Of a stretch of 64,000 nucleotides of DNA, positions 13,159-27,760 are shown piece after piece. Position 1 is the stretch's first letter. Each line of letters opens with the position of its first letter. The stretch lies in contig OZ024741.1 in NCBI GenBank assembly GCA_964016885.1, positions 60,326,001 through 60,390,000 of the forward strand, given 5' to 3'. The DNA comes from Eledone cirrhosa. Its lineage: Eukaryota. The notes below the pieces were generated by a model. It did not search any database and was not told where the DNA came from. It saw nothing but the letters and a program-made list of their open reading frames with translations. A program made the translations under genes and the position numbers.

Positions 13159-13549
13159 CTTGTAAAATAAAAAGGTAATGAAGAATGTTATAAGCGGTAA
13201 AAAGATAACAATGTCATAAACCCAACTGCAAGTCTGGTAAGATACAAAAATGAGTTCATTTTCATAAAAAAAAGAATAACGAAGATTAAAAAATTGGTAA
13301 ATATCAAACAGTCTGTCACTGTTTAAGTTATTTAGTCCAATACAGCCTTCATAGAGCAGATATATGATGAAAGGTGCTCTGGGCATAATCATCTTGTCTT
13401 CATAATCAATTAGTATTCACCAAAGGCCACATTATATGAGATCCCTTTAAATGATAGGGTGTGATTTGAGGGAGATTTAACTATTTTCTAGCAAAGATGA
13501 AGACATTGGACAATACTCAGTAATGTGTTTCAATTATAATTCCGGACGG

Positions 13550-13593
<44 letters not shown>

Positions 13594-13731
13594 CAAAAGG
13601 GATATGCAATTTGTTGGTAATTCAGCAAATATAAATGTTTATTACTGATTTAGAGCACTCGACAAGTATTCTGGAGTATAATATTCAATGATATCAAATA
13701 AATGGAAACTATATTTATGAAACCATATTTA

Positions 13732-13788
13732 TTCTATTATATATATTTCAAGGATACCAAAACTTTGATACGCACTCATCAGATAAAA
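13732..13788 (-). ncRNA. Minimal hammerhead in a short (TA)n-flanked insert (13591-13870)
   Basis: ttttat-CTGATGA-g tgcgtatcaaag ttttggtatcc tt-GAAA-tatata-TA-atagaa. Confidence 0.65.
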
Positions 13789-13887
13789 TACAAAGTTTGT
13801 TTTATAAATATTGACATAACAACATAACCACGAAAAAGTACCTTAACGGTTCAAGTTTTTCCTGGATAGTGTGTATATATATATATA

Positions 13888-15192
13888 CAGGGTGTTCGGG
13901 ATAAATTTGACAGAATAATATTTGGTTGTTTTTTCAGATGTTTTAAATTCATTCATGCCCACTAGGCTTTATTTGAAAGTTTAAACCCTCCTTCATTCAT
14001 ATATGTGATGACAACGAGAATGGATGACTGGGAGCCACCTGAATCATGGAAGAGAATAACTTGTATCATGATGATTCGCGCCGGCCATCAAAATAAGGAG
14101 ATTATGGTCGCTGCTCAATGCTCCCTGAACACTGTAAAAACAATCCGGCATGAACTGGAGAATTGTAATGGAGACTACGAGGCTGTGGCTAGAAGAAAGA
14201 AACATAACAGAAGATCTGATTGCTCTCGCACAGCAGAATTCATCGAAAATCTGCAGAAAAAAGTGTTGGAGAACCCTGGCATCGGAATTCGGTCTTTGTC
14301 GCGTGAATTGAATGTTTCAGCCTCTACTATAAAAATTGCACTCAATGAAGACCTTCGCTACTACTCATACAAACGTCGCAGATCAACTTCTCACAGAAAA
14401 GGCCCGCGAAAATCGTCTGACAAAGGCGAAGAAACTTCTGAGCAAAGTGAAACATCCTGCTGAAGCACAAACAATCTGGTTCTTTTCCGATGAGAAAAAC
14501 TTTTGTCAAGATGAAAAACACAACACGCAGAATAACAGATGACTTGCATACAGTCCAAAGGACACTCCTCAAGTCATGCAGACTAAATTTTCCCAAACTG
14601 TCATGGTTTTGGGATGTGTGTCCTCCGAGGGTGATGTGATGCCTCCGCATTTTTTCAAACAGTGTCTCAGGTTGAATTCAGATGCCTACGTGGAATTGCT
14701 AACCACTGTAGTTAAGCCCTGGATAACAAGGGTAGCCAATAATAGGCCGTATGTATGGAAGTAGGATTCGGCCCCCTGCCACACCTCGGGGAAAAGTCAA
14801 AAATGGTTGTCAGCCAATTTTTACGACTACACCAGTCCCAATGTTTGGCCTCCGAACTCCCCTGATCTTAACCCGATGGACTATTATGTATGGGGCGCTG
14901 TAGAGAAAGACACCAATCGCCGTGCCAGTACTACAAAAGCCCAGTTAATCGACAGAATTAAAGTAGTCTTTGAGGGCCTTCCCAGGGAAAGTGTAAAACC
15001 AGCTTGCTCCAGGTCCCGGGCCCGGATTGAGGCTGTAATAGACGCTAATGGCGGTTATTTTGAGTCAAACTCTTTGACAATAGTGTAATTTCCTTGTCCA
15101 TTGAATTTCTTTTAAATCAAATAAATTTTGTAGATACCAAGCACTTTTTTCTTTTTCCTGATGAAACTGTCAAATTTATCCCGAACACCCTG
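13888..15192 (+). mobile_element. Tc1/mariner DD37D (maT) transposon, copy 2 (1305 bp)
   Basis: Same TIRs and length as copy 1; shares all disabling lesions. Confidence 0.95.
14005..15088 (+). pseudogene. DD37D transposase pseudogene, copy 2
   Basis: Same split ORF pattern; only D/N and R/P differences seen versus copy 1. Confidence 0.9.
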
Positions 15193-15279
<87 letters not shown>

Positions 15280-15319
15280 ATGTGTGTTTGTATATATATA
15301 TATATATATATATATACAA

Positions 15320-15388
<69 letters not shown>

Positions 15389-15392
15389 CACT

Positions 15393-18248
15393 AATTTTCA
15401 AAAGGATCTTGACTCTACCCTATTGGATCTAAAAAAAATCTACCAAAGTCCACGTCCACTCAGACAAAACTGGAAATCTATACCACATGGATATTGATAA
15501 TTACAATGAGTTCACTTATAAAGAACTCAGGAAAAATTATAATAAAAACAAATAATGCGGCTCTTACCAACATCAACAACAAAACATACAACATAGTAAA
15601 TAAACTCAATATTGAAGACAGAACTGAACCTTTGGCACTGAAAAAAACACATTTTAACCTGAAAGATCGCAAATCTAACTTTAACTCTAATTCTTCTATA
15701 AGACTTATATGCCTTTCCAAATCTGACATTGGCATCATTAATAAAAAAATTTTTAGATAGAATCATCCCAAAATTAAGAAAACACGCTAACTTACCACTC
15801 TGGGAAAACACATCCCAAGTAATTAACTGGTTTACTAATATTAGAAATAAATAATCTGCTTCATTTCTACAATTTGATATAGATGTTTATTATTCCTCTA
15901 TATCACCGATACTCCTGAACAAAGTCTTGATATTTGACTAATATAGATCTAACTTAACTATGGATGACATTAATATTATCACGCACGCTAGACAAACACG
16001 ACTGGAATTTCAGAAGGAATACTGGACCAGAAATACATATAGTAATCTCTTCGACATTACTATGGGCTCTAGTGATTCTGCCCAAATTACCGATCTTGTG
16101 GGCCTCTTTGTTCTATTTAACATAAAAATCTTCTTTTCCCCACCTGAAAGGTGGTTTATATAGTGATGACTGTCTTCTTTCCACTAAGCTTAGCCTATCA
16201 GAAATTGAAAAAAACAAAAAAACTTATTAGAACTTTCCTAAAAGACTATTACAATCTCACTATTACATTTGAAAACACCAGTAAAATAGTTAATTTCCTA
16301 GATATAACTTTAGACTTATCTACGGGTATCTACCAACCTTACCATAAACCTAACCAAAACTTACATTACATACACTCTCTATCCTTAAAACCTAGCATAT
16401 AATATCTCACTCAGAATCTCTAACCTTTCATCTAACCAGCATGTATTCGATAAAAATGCGCCTTTTATAACAACATTACTAACAAAATTCCTAATAATCA
16501 GACTAAAACACCTAAATCAGTTAATCTAACTAAACCTATATATAATAAATTCACTAATAGTAACTCTCTTAGTAAAGATCCGGATACATCGTATAAATAT
16601 AAAAAACAATATCGAAACCGTAATAGACGGGTTACTTGGAATAATGCTCCATTCAATCTACAAATTAAAGATAATATCCCTAAAGTTTTGTTTACTCTCC
16701 TAGAGAAAAACTTCCCGCCAAACCATAAATACCATCAAATTTAAATAGATCAACTGTCAAATGTTTCTACTCCACTACCAAAAATATACAACAAAATACA
16801 ACGCATATAAATGTAAAAAAAAATCACGAATATACCACCAACACATCAAACCAATCATAATACTAAAATAAACCGCAACAAACCACCATCTCCTTCACAT
16901 ATAACAAGTCGAGTAAATTCCACCCCAAATTTGACTAACTCCACTGATATAATATTCACGAATAGTTGTAACTGTAGAAACAAAAGAAATTGCCCATTAT
17001 GGGAAATTGTCTTATTAATAACATAGTCTATAAATGTAAAATTAGCACTAAGGACTCCACTTATTCATATATAGGAGCTACGTCTAACAAATTTAAAGTA
17101 GGATTTAATACCCACAAACATAGTTTTTAAAATGCCGCATTAGCTAATACAACATCCTTGGCTGAAACAATTAATAATTATAGAAAAAAGAATATCGATT
17201 ACAACCTGACCTGGAGTGTGCTCAAAAGAGCCACCCCTTATCAAAATAACAGATATGAGTGTAGATTATGCTCCCAGGAACTTTTTGAAATAATAAAATC
17301 TAAGGATATCCTATTACATAAGCGACAAGAATTAATTATACGTTGCAATCATAGAATTAGAAGAACCTTCAAATGTTATAAACCTAATTAATTGTTATAA
17401 TTAGTTGTTATAATTATTTTTTTAAAATTTAGTTAACCTATAATTAGTACTTTACTACAGAGAACTTCATAATTTTATTTCCCTCTTACAGCTCTCTTTT
17501 CCTAAAATTAATACCTAAAAGTATACATATAAATTAATTTAATTTCCTGTTATGAATCTAGATTCCTTGTAGTTTATATAAGATTGGTATTTCTCACTAC
17601 TATCCTTATCCCCAAAAATTTATTTTCCTTCGTTTTTAACAACATTCATTAATAACATCTAATTCTTATTTATCACATCCATATGAATTAATACAAATTT
17701 GTCCGTATAAGTATACCTGTCAATTAAATTAATTTCTTCTTATAGATCTAGGTTCCTTGTGGTTTCAATAAGATTGGTATTTATCACTAATACCCTTACC
17801 CTAAAATTTTACTTTCCTTCGTTTTTAACATTATTCTTTAATAACATCAAATTTTCGTGTACCCTTCACCGGCTTGATCTCTTTTCATCCCCAAAGTATT
17901 CTTTTCATTCAAAGTATTCTTTCCATTCAAAACATAAGTCTGCACTCCTCTACCTCTAAATTAAATTTCTACTACTACTATTCTATCAACTTGACCTCTT
18001 ACTACTTTTCTATTGGTCAATTCAAAACCTGTTCCCAAACAGACCTATTATATTAAATCTTTCTTGGTTTTTTTTTTTTCAATAAAAAAAATCTCATCAT
18101 TTCTGAAGAAAGCATATATATGTGAAGGTATGTATATTTCCTCTGATAGTTTGTAATATGTTTACATAGATCTATATGATATACATACCAACACACACAT
18201 ATATATCCTAGAAACGATCGTAAAATGAAGAATTTTTTAATATAAGGA
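15393..18248 (+). mobile_element. Penelope-like retroelement B (5'-truncated, decayed; same family as D)
   Basis: NLKDRKSNFNSNSSIRLI, FDITMGSSDSAQITDLVG, VNFLDITLDL, CNCR..CP/YIG GIY-YIG remnant, CRLCSQE; homologous to 55725-57908. Confidence 0.9.
18097..18228 (+). ncRNA. Hammerhead with ~100-nt helix-II insertion (PLE-B 3' end)
   Basis: tcattt-CTGAAGA-[101 nt; atatatatgtg/cacatatatat, ggtatgtatat/atatacatacc]-GAAAC-GATC-GTA-aaatga. Confidence 0.75.
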
Positions 18249-19332
18249 GTATGGGTTGTACATATATGGATGATTTGATGGTCAGATTGGAGTCATGAGG
18301 ACTGTGGATTGACCTCTGGTCGGCCCTGGTGATGATTATCTTCCGACATCCAATGTAGCAAGCGATGACCCAGAACTTACCAGAGATCATTGTGTGTTGA
18401 AGTGATTCTGCAATCACCGCGCCTGGTCCTTTGAGTAGACTCCAACCACAGAGATCATTAATTTAGAATCCTCGCTCGTCGTCTATAATATTCATTTGTG
18501 GCACTCTACGATGGGAGTTAATCACCATAATAATACGAACATCTTCAGCACAACTTAATAGACTACTCTATAGTTAAAACACTTTAAATTTTAGAAATTT
18601 TTTAGAAATTGCGCATAACCATATAAGGTAGGGTCTATTTTGAGACACATTTTAATAGTTAGTAATAGAATCCTCTGAGTTACCTCCCCTCATGCATTAA
18701 CTCCCCTTAGCCACACACACACTTCCGGGTAGTATTTCGATGTCGATTCTCGAAACGTAACATCCTCCTGTATTGAACTAAAGAACATCAGACTACGATT
18801 TTCTAACTGGATTGTCAAACGCTCAATATCGAATCGTTGTGGATTATGTGAGGGGCATATAATCTGAAAAATACGATCCCCAGACTATGAAAATGTCGAA
18901 GTGCATGAAGTCCATATCATCGCTTCGCTGCGCATTTCAAATATTTTTAAAGCTTACACTATTTTTAATGCTTATATTATTTCTCCACACACATACTATA
19001 ACAATCGTATAAAGAATTTGTCACCAGATCAACCAACCTAACACCCTTGTTTACCTGCTTAAGTGCTTCTACTACACCTAACTCTCTGCCACACTATATA
19101 AACAAGACGCACGTGCTTGCCACACATATAGCCTTTGCACTATATAACCGCTTATTTTCATGTTGTATTTTAACCCGTATTTTTGATTGTATCTTTTAAT
19201 ATGAATGTAATCTCTAAGTGTGTACTGCCACTCTAAATGCTATAATGAATGTTGACCCACAATATTTGCATATGTATCTGTATGTCTCTTAGGTGAAAAG
19301 GAGGTCATATAAGTGTTCATTCAATAATAAAT

Positions 19333-19379
19333 TGCTCCGAAGAATCCAAACCTCGGTTTGGAGAAAACAGTTGTAAGCA
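19333..19379 (+). ncRNA. Hammerhead variant (CCGAAGA core), followed by the bulged hairpin at 19426-19459
   Basis: tgct-CCGAAGA-a-tccaaac ctcg gtttgga-GAAAAC-agtt-GTA-agca. Confidence 0.55.
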
Positions 19380-19585
19380 TAAAAATGTTTTGAACAGTTC
19401 TTTGATTCTTATAATTCATATAACTGCTCTGTAAATCATCTGATGTTTTTACATTGAGCTACTTAACTTACTGGTAATAAGGTAGTCATATATTACTGCC
19501 TACCACTATTTAGGGTTTGTATAAAAATATATATAACTGCAAAAGATTTTTGTATTTACATAACCATAAATAGTATAATTAATAC

Positions 19586-19644
<59 letters not shown>

Positions 19645-19738
19645 ATGTATTGATTTATCTGAATTATTGAGCCCTCTGCCGCTCATTTCGAATTTTGTTT
19701 ATCGTGAACTCGTGCGCCGATTTTTCGATACTCGATCA

Positions 19739-20517
<779 letters not shown>

Positions 20518-21089
20518 TGAGGTAAACAAAATTAACAACACAAATGGTACAGTATATGGAAGGAATATAATAGTTTAACGCTTGAAATAACAAGAAGAGG
20601 GTATATATATGTATATATATATATATATATGTATGTGCGTGTGTATATGTGTAGGTTTGTGTGTGTGTATGTGTGTGTGTGTGAGTGTGAGTGTGTGTGT
20701 GTGTAAAGGGTCAACAGAAATAAATAACAAAGCAAATGAGACAGTACGTTTAGGAAATATATTAGTTTAACGCTTAAAATCGCAGGAAAGGAGTTTTAAC
20801 GTTTTTGGATACTAGTCCTTCATCAGAGGTTAGAGTTAGAAATAGAAGGTACACGAAGGTCTCGCATCACGAACAAATCAGTCTACGAACAATTTTTGCA
20901 TACTACTCGGAGCTTTAGCACCTTTGACTGGGATACGTGGGTGAGGGTGCCTAATGTTAAAAGACGTAAGGATCTCAGAAATCACATTTAGCTGTATCCG
21001 TGAGCATCACAATGTGAGGCTTGAAGACAATTCTCATTTCAATCTAGTAAAGAAACCATCGGGTGTTAAATTATATAAGGCGATATTTC

Positions 21090-21222
<133 letters not shown>

Positions 21223-22413
21223 CCCTGTCTCTCCTATTTTCTGGAAGAAATTAGCTGTTTCGACGTGGCAGAATGGGCTGCGCAAAGTTTAAAATAGTCA
21301 ATACATGCCGTCTGTCTGAATGGCGCCACCACAACTGCATTAGGTCATGCGTACTTACTTTTCTTTCTTTTTTAAAGCGAAGAAAATGTAAGGGTAGAAC
21401 TTATGGGATTTATGTTGATGTGGTAGCTAGCACCCAATCCATCGATTCGACATCAGTATGTATCATTAGAAATAGAAATGTTATTCATTGAATGATATTT
21501 AGAAGTGAACTATATTAATATAAAATCACACTTATATAACAGCTTTGTTTTGTACAATGGATTTAATGGTGTGATTAACATCACACATCTGACAGGCTTT
21601 AGCAGAGATATTTGTATGAACATATCTCTTATGTTAACTTATTAACGCCATTTGATGTTACCTACAGTTATGTAACTAATGTCTACATATAAAGGAATTC
21701 CAATTTCAATTATTTTGCTTCATAGTGAGATTTCACGCTAATTCTTTAATAATCCAACTTCATCTATTCATTATATTTTCTTTATATTTCGCAGTTCAGC
21801 ATGATGTCGTTTTATCAACACTTGGTAATTACAGACAGAAGTTTTATGGTTGCTAAGAATAAATCATATGGCTTTGCATTGGATATGACAGGCCTATGTT
21901 AGCATCAGATAAACAGATCATGAGATAAGAGACTACGTAATTCCCGCTCACATCGCTTCACTTGTTTCCGACAGGGGACAGATACATGTGGCTTCCTTGC
22001 GCTCATTAAACACATTTACCGAATCATTACTGCGCAGTCGAACCTCACAAAGATAACTTTGACCATTAGTGTTCTTTGTGGCATTACACATGAATGAGGA
22101 ATTGTCCTTGATTATTTCACACAACAAAAATTCATAACCATCGTTGTCAAGACTTGTAAATTCATGCTATTAAAATGTAATCAATTTTGATTCAGAAGTA
22201 AAATTAATTTTAGATGCATTGTACCTCGTTGGTTTTAAGTGAGCTAACGGGAAAATAACAATATTTCAACCTGATGCAACGACACGAGCTGCAGTATTCA
22301 TACTTTCACGCTATGTATATAGAAACAGAACAGTGATCCTTGATTAAATATTCAGTTGAATACTTATATCTGTGTATGCATGAGTAAGTTTGTATATATA
22401 TGTATTTATATAT

Positions 22414-22466
<53 letters not shown>

Positions 22467-22717
22467 TATATATATATAATTGGTGTGTGCTTAAAGCGTC
22501 CGTAAGCGGTAGGCCGTTGGAGCACTCGATGCTCTTACAGAGCAGAGTATGATATCACATAAGAAACGGAGGATCAGTGTTGCGACGAATAAAATTCATT
22601 AGACATATTACAATGGTTTCTCTGGCGATCAGCTTGAGGCACCATCGATGTAATGATCGAACCTGACTCTGAAATCACAAGGTCCTAAGATACGTCTCGA
22701 TTCTACGAAGCAGAGTT

Positions 22718-22797
<80 letters not shown>

Positions 22798-22921
22798 TGG
22801 AGGTGAGTTTTATTGTAGAACAATAAAACTATGCATATACCAGATAAGTAGCACTCAACAGTTGATAGAACTGGAGTATATATAAGAAGAAATTAAAAGA
22901 TGGTTAAAAAAGTTCCATATC

Positions 22922-22988
22922 TTTTATTATGCGCTTTTCAAAAACAAATATAATCCTGGGACGATAGTTGCGTTCTCATCAGATAAAA
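22922..22988 (-). ncRNA. Hammerhead motif in a (TA)n-flanked insert (22790-23100)
   Basis: ttttat-CTGATGA-[34 nt]-GAAA-agcgca-TA-ataaaa; bulged hairpin downstream at 22851-22879. Confidence 0.6.
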
Positions 22989-23106
22989 TAAGGTCACATG
23001 ATATGATGCCTAAATAAATAAAGGTAATAAACAAATAAAGGTAATTAAGAAATTACTGACCTTCCTGTTTATAGTTGTTTATACTATATACATAACTATA
23101 AATAGT

Positions 23107-23172
<66 letters not shown>

Positions 23173-23270
23173 GATAGAATGAAGAATAACACGGATAGGG
23201 TTTATTCAATGTATTAACATGTTTCATTGCCAAATTATCAAAATACTCTTATATACACACACACACACAC

Positions 23271-23309
<39 letters not shown>

Positions 23310-23364
23310 CAAGTATTGCACCAAGAAAAATAAAACGTCGGCGTGAAGAGATTATGAATTTATT

Positions 23365-23471
23365 TGCTTTGACATATATTTCCGTGTCTATTATAAATCG
23401 TCTACATATGCAGACTACAATATATATTGTTCAATCATATGCACTACTTAATTATTACACTTCAGAAAGCA
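23365..23471 (-). ncRNA. Hammerhead with ~75-nt helix-II insertion (unrelated family)
   Basis: tgcttt-CTGAAGT-[tgcatatg/catatgta stem]-GAAA-tatatg-TC-aaagca; perfect 6-bp stem I. Confidence 0.55.
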
Positions 23472-23869
23472 TATAATAGTGGAATTCAAATGTTCACTAC
23501 GAGGTAAAATTCAGTAATGTGATTCTGGTATGAACACATCTCTTAGAAGAAAAACCCTCAGAGGTACAATAACATTTCATTAATTCCCCCTTCTCCATAC
23601 CAATGTTATATGAACTTAAAAACTTGAGTGTGTACATGTATGTATGTATAGATGTGTTTTTTTATATATATGTCTGTAGGTATACAGATATGTGTGTACA
23701 TGTTTATATGTATGTGTGCATATGTGTGTGTATGATTGCACGTGCGTGTGTATAATTGCACGTGTGATATACTTGTGTGTGTGTGTATGTGTGTATATAT
23801 ATATTATATGTGTATGTATGTATATATATATATATATAAATATATATATACATGTGTGTATATATACAC

Positions 23870-23959
<90 letters not shown>

Positions 23960-24877
23960 GTGTGTGCGTGTATGTGTATATGTATGCGCATGCATGAGTA
24001 TGTATATATGTGTATGCGCGTGTATATATATATGTATGTGTATATATGTGTGTGGGGGTATATGTATATATATATATATATGTGTGTTGTTACGTGTGTG
24101 TATGTATGTCTGTATGTAATATATAGGGACTGTAAATATATTTACATATAGGGAATTGAATATGCGAGCTAGCATGTCCCCCACACTTCCTCCCCCAAAC
24201 CAATAACAACAACACATTTTTGACAAATGTTCCAAAATTATCCTCCTTTTCTCTTTTTACTGTCATCCCATTATTATCAAAAGACATGTATCTTACACCT
24301 CATTAAAACCTAGACACGCACCTAAATTCATCTTTGATATAGAAATTTGTAGAAGATATTCTTTATAAATTTAAGAGAGTTGATTCAGCTATAAGAAACG
24401 AATTTGAAAAACACGCTGCCATTATATACTCATCAAATGTCAGCTATTGAAATAAATCCAGCAGGAGATGTTTACAACCACCTTCTCAAACACCCTTATC
24501 TTGATGTCGACCTCACCATTTTCTGAGTGTATATATATGTGTGTGTGTGTGTGTATGTGAGTGTGTGCGTGTATGTGCCTTAATTCCTCCAAATCTTCAT
24601 CAACACTCATTAACACCACACTCCACACCCCAGACGCATCCAAATCTCTCTTATATATAGTCACACATCTCAAGACAACCTGATCTCTGTTTGACAATCG
24701 CCACCGACGAATGCGAGAAAGTTCTCCAACAAAGTTAACCAGGAATCTTTAAAATTCTTCCCACCGAAGTTAAAGAATTTACTGTATCTACCAACTCATA
24801 ATATTATAATATTATGAAATTAAATCAAATTATTTAACACTACAAATGAAGTCATTATTTTCCTTTTTTTCAAATAT

Positions 24878-25608
24878 ATATAAATGTTGGATTCTTATAG
24901 AATTCCAGTAATAATCAGGAACTGATTATACAGAGCGCTTGCCGGTCCATCAAAAATTGGAAATTAGAATTGGTGCTCTGAAATAGCGATGTATATATGT
25001 ATGTATATATTGTATATATATACTGGAATTCTTACTGGAATTCTATAAGAATCCAACATTTATAATTTTCAACAAACAAGGGGAGTGCTAGGCTCTGATG
25101 AATACTAACAGTATGAAATAGAGATCTGTCAGCTTAACTCCCTTTGTTTGTTGAAAGAAGAAGTGACATAGTCACTACTTTAAAACAATAGCGTAAGGTC
25201 TTCAAAATGTTTTTAATTAAGCATACAGTGTATTGCCAAATATACTATATATGCATTCATATATATATCGCTATTTCAGAGCACCAATTTTAATTTTCAA
25301 TTTTGGCTGGACCAGCAACCGCTCTGTATAATCAGTTCCTGATTATTACTGTAATTCTATAAGAATCCAACATTTATAATTTTCAACAAACAAGGGCAGC
25401 GCTAGGCTGTGATGAATACTAACAGTATGAAATAGAGATCTGTCAACTTATCTCCCTTTGTTTGTTGAAAGAAGAAGTAAGAGACGTAGTCACTACTTTA
25501 AAACAATAGCGTAAGAACTTCATAATGATTTTAATTAAGCATACAGTGTATTGCCAAATATACTATATATACATTCATATATACATCGCTATTTCAGAGC
25601 ACCAATTC

Positions 25609-25615
<7 letters not shown>
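24878..25615 (+). mobile_element. Retrozyme-like array: ~1.85 tandem 314-bp units plus an inverted partial copy
   Basis: Unit 25033-25346 repeated at 25347-25615; 24878-25010 is an inverted partial unit; one HHR per unit; ends in (TA)n. Confidence 0.8.
25066..25156 (+). ncRNA. Intact hammerhead with extended stem I
   Basis: aggct-CTGATGA-atact aac agtat-GAAA-tagagatct-GTC-agctt; outer tttcaacaaacaa/ttgtttgttgaaa; the second copy (25409) has a GTGATGA core. Confidence 0.8.
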
Positions 25616-25666
<51 letters not shown>

Positions 25667-25945
25667 CTACTTAGGACTTTGAGCAAATGTCATTTAATAT
25701 AGCTTCGTGTCGTCATATGCCTTCTGAATGAAAATAAGTAGACAGAAAATGTCTGAAAGCTCGTCAGATTAATTTACATGTAATTGAAATAGCCAACCTT
25801 ATCACTAACTGTCATGTTGAATCTCCCTGAGAATTATGTTAGTGTTGTACGTGTCTGCAGTGCGGTCGACCTCCCACAGTTTCGATGAAGAGTGTTCCTG
25901 CTGTTTATCAACAGAGCAGTCTGCTGATAAAATAAATGTACAAGA

Positions 25946-26075
25946 GAAGGCGCGTGGATTAGTGGTTAGAGAATTGGATTCGCAATCGTGTGTGCGAGTT
26001 CAATTCTGGAATTGGTTGATGCATTGTGTCCTTGAGCAAGACATTTTATTTCACGTTGCTCATTCTGCCAAGAGT
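25946..26075 (+). mobile_element. SINE family B copy
   Basis: gaaggcgcgtggattagtggttag head; tgtgtccttgagcaagacattttatttcacgttgctc core. Confidence 0.75.
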
Positions 26076-26905
26076 TGGGACCAGTAGAGAGTATCAGACA
26101 TGCGTACTCATACTATAATTCTCAGGAAGACTGAGCATGTCACTCTGTGACAAGTCTGGTTATTTAGATTACAGGTTTAACTCATTTTTTCCAGCTGAGA
26201 TAATATACCTTTAAGATCCTGACCACTCTGCCACATAACTTCACTGATTGGAAATAATATATAACAACACACTACTGTGTTCACAGATGGAGCTTGTTAT
26301 CAAAGCAAAGTATAACTCCGCCTTATAACACTCTATATTTAGTAATCTTTTTTATGATGTGAAGAAATATATTAATATAGAGTTTGACTACTTTCAACAC
26401 AGTGTGACGTTTGTATGCACATGCGTTTCCATGTAAGTCTTTCGAAGACACGATTAGGTATTGGGACTGAGATAAGAATAAATCCTCAGATTCGACTGAA
26501 ATGAGTTAACATGTACCTATGTATCGATTTTCCATGAGCTTAACACAGGAACAAACCAAACATTCCATGTTTAAACAATGATTAAATTAAACATTGGTAC
26601 GTTGACATTTCAAAGGTAGAAGTTAAAGCAGAATATCAAGATTTTAACGTCGATGTGATACGTAAGATTTATTGGAAAACGGAAATAGATAATATTTTAG
26701 GTTAGATGTTGCAAGAGACAGAGTAAAAGCTTATAGGAGTCTACCTTTCTGGAAATTAAAATACTGTTAGGCCTTCTCTTCAATTCTTCACAAAACCAAC
26801 AACTAAACATAACGTTTCTTGCTCCAACGTATATAATATAATACATATTCGAAACGCTAAATTACAGGACGTAAACATAGACACACACCTCACATTATTT
26901 ATGTT

Positions 26906-27080
26906 GACAGTATCGGTAAAGAGACGGACGCCATGCTTTCTAGCATAGTTACGTTCCTTTACGGTATGAGTTCAAATCCCGCCAAGGTTAACGTTGCCTT
27001 TCATCCTTACGGGGCCGATAAAATAAAGTACCAGTAATGTACTAGGTAATTGCTGGCCTTGTGCCAAATGTAGAAACAAT

Positions 27081-27082
<2 letters not shown>
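26906..27082 (+). mobile_element. SINE family A copy
   Basis: Matches 175-352. Confidence 0.85.
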
Positions 27083-27118
<36 letters not shown>

Positions 27119-27221
27119 AACGATGGAATTGGAAATAGCAAGGAAAATATATTCAAGGATTTGTTTTCTTTTTTTCGTCTTAGATTCAACAAAGTAATGT
27201 TATTGAAAAAATGATCTTGGG

Positions 27222-27400
27222 TATGGTGGATTGGTAGTATCGGTAGAGAGGGTCGGACGCCATGCTTTGCAGCATATAGTTACGGCCCTTTATGATCTGA
27301 GTTCAAATCCCGCGGAGGATAACTTTGCTTTCATCCTTACAGGGTCGATAAAATAAACTACTAGCATCGTACTGGGGTCGATTAATCGACTTTCCCCCCC
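27222..27400 (+). mobile_element. SINE family A copy (long variant)
   Basis: Same head and core plus ggggtcgattaatcgac segment. Confidence 0.8.
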
Positions 27401-27685
27401 CCAAAAAAAAATGTTATTATTTTTAATTATAATATTCAACATTTGATAAGATGGTTTACACTGATACACCGGAACCGGTTATATTTTATATATTTTATAT
27501 ACATTATAAAACTATTTTTTAAGAAAATTGTTTCTCTTATTTTTTCAATAATGTTACTTTGACGAATCAAAGAAGAAAAAAAGGAAAACAGATCCTTAAA
27601 TATATTTTCAGTGCTATTTCCAATTCCACCGTTTCTTTATAACCCCTGTTTTGTATAGAACCTTACTCCCTTTTCAAATATATAT

Positions 27686-27760
<75 letters not shown>

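Noticed and set aside
21273-21830. MGC-starting ORF and possible plus-strand micro-exons such as QHDVVLSTL
   Set aside because: No recognisable homology; splice-like signals arise often by chance in AT-rich DNA.
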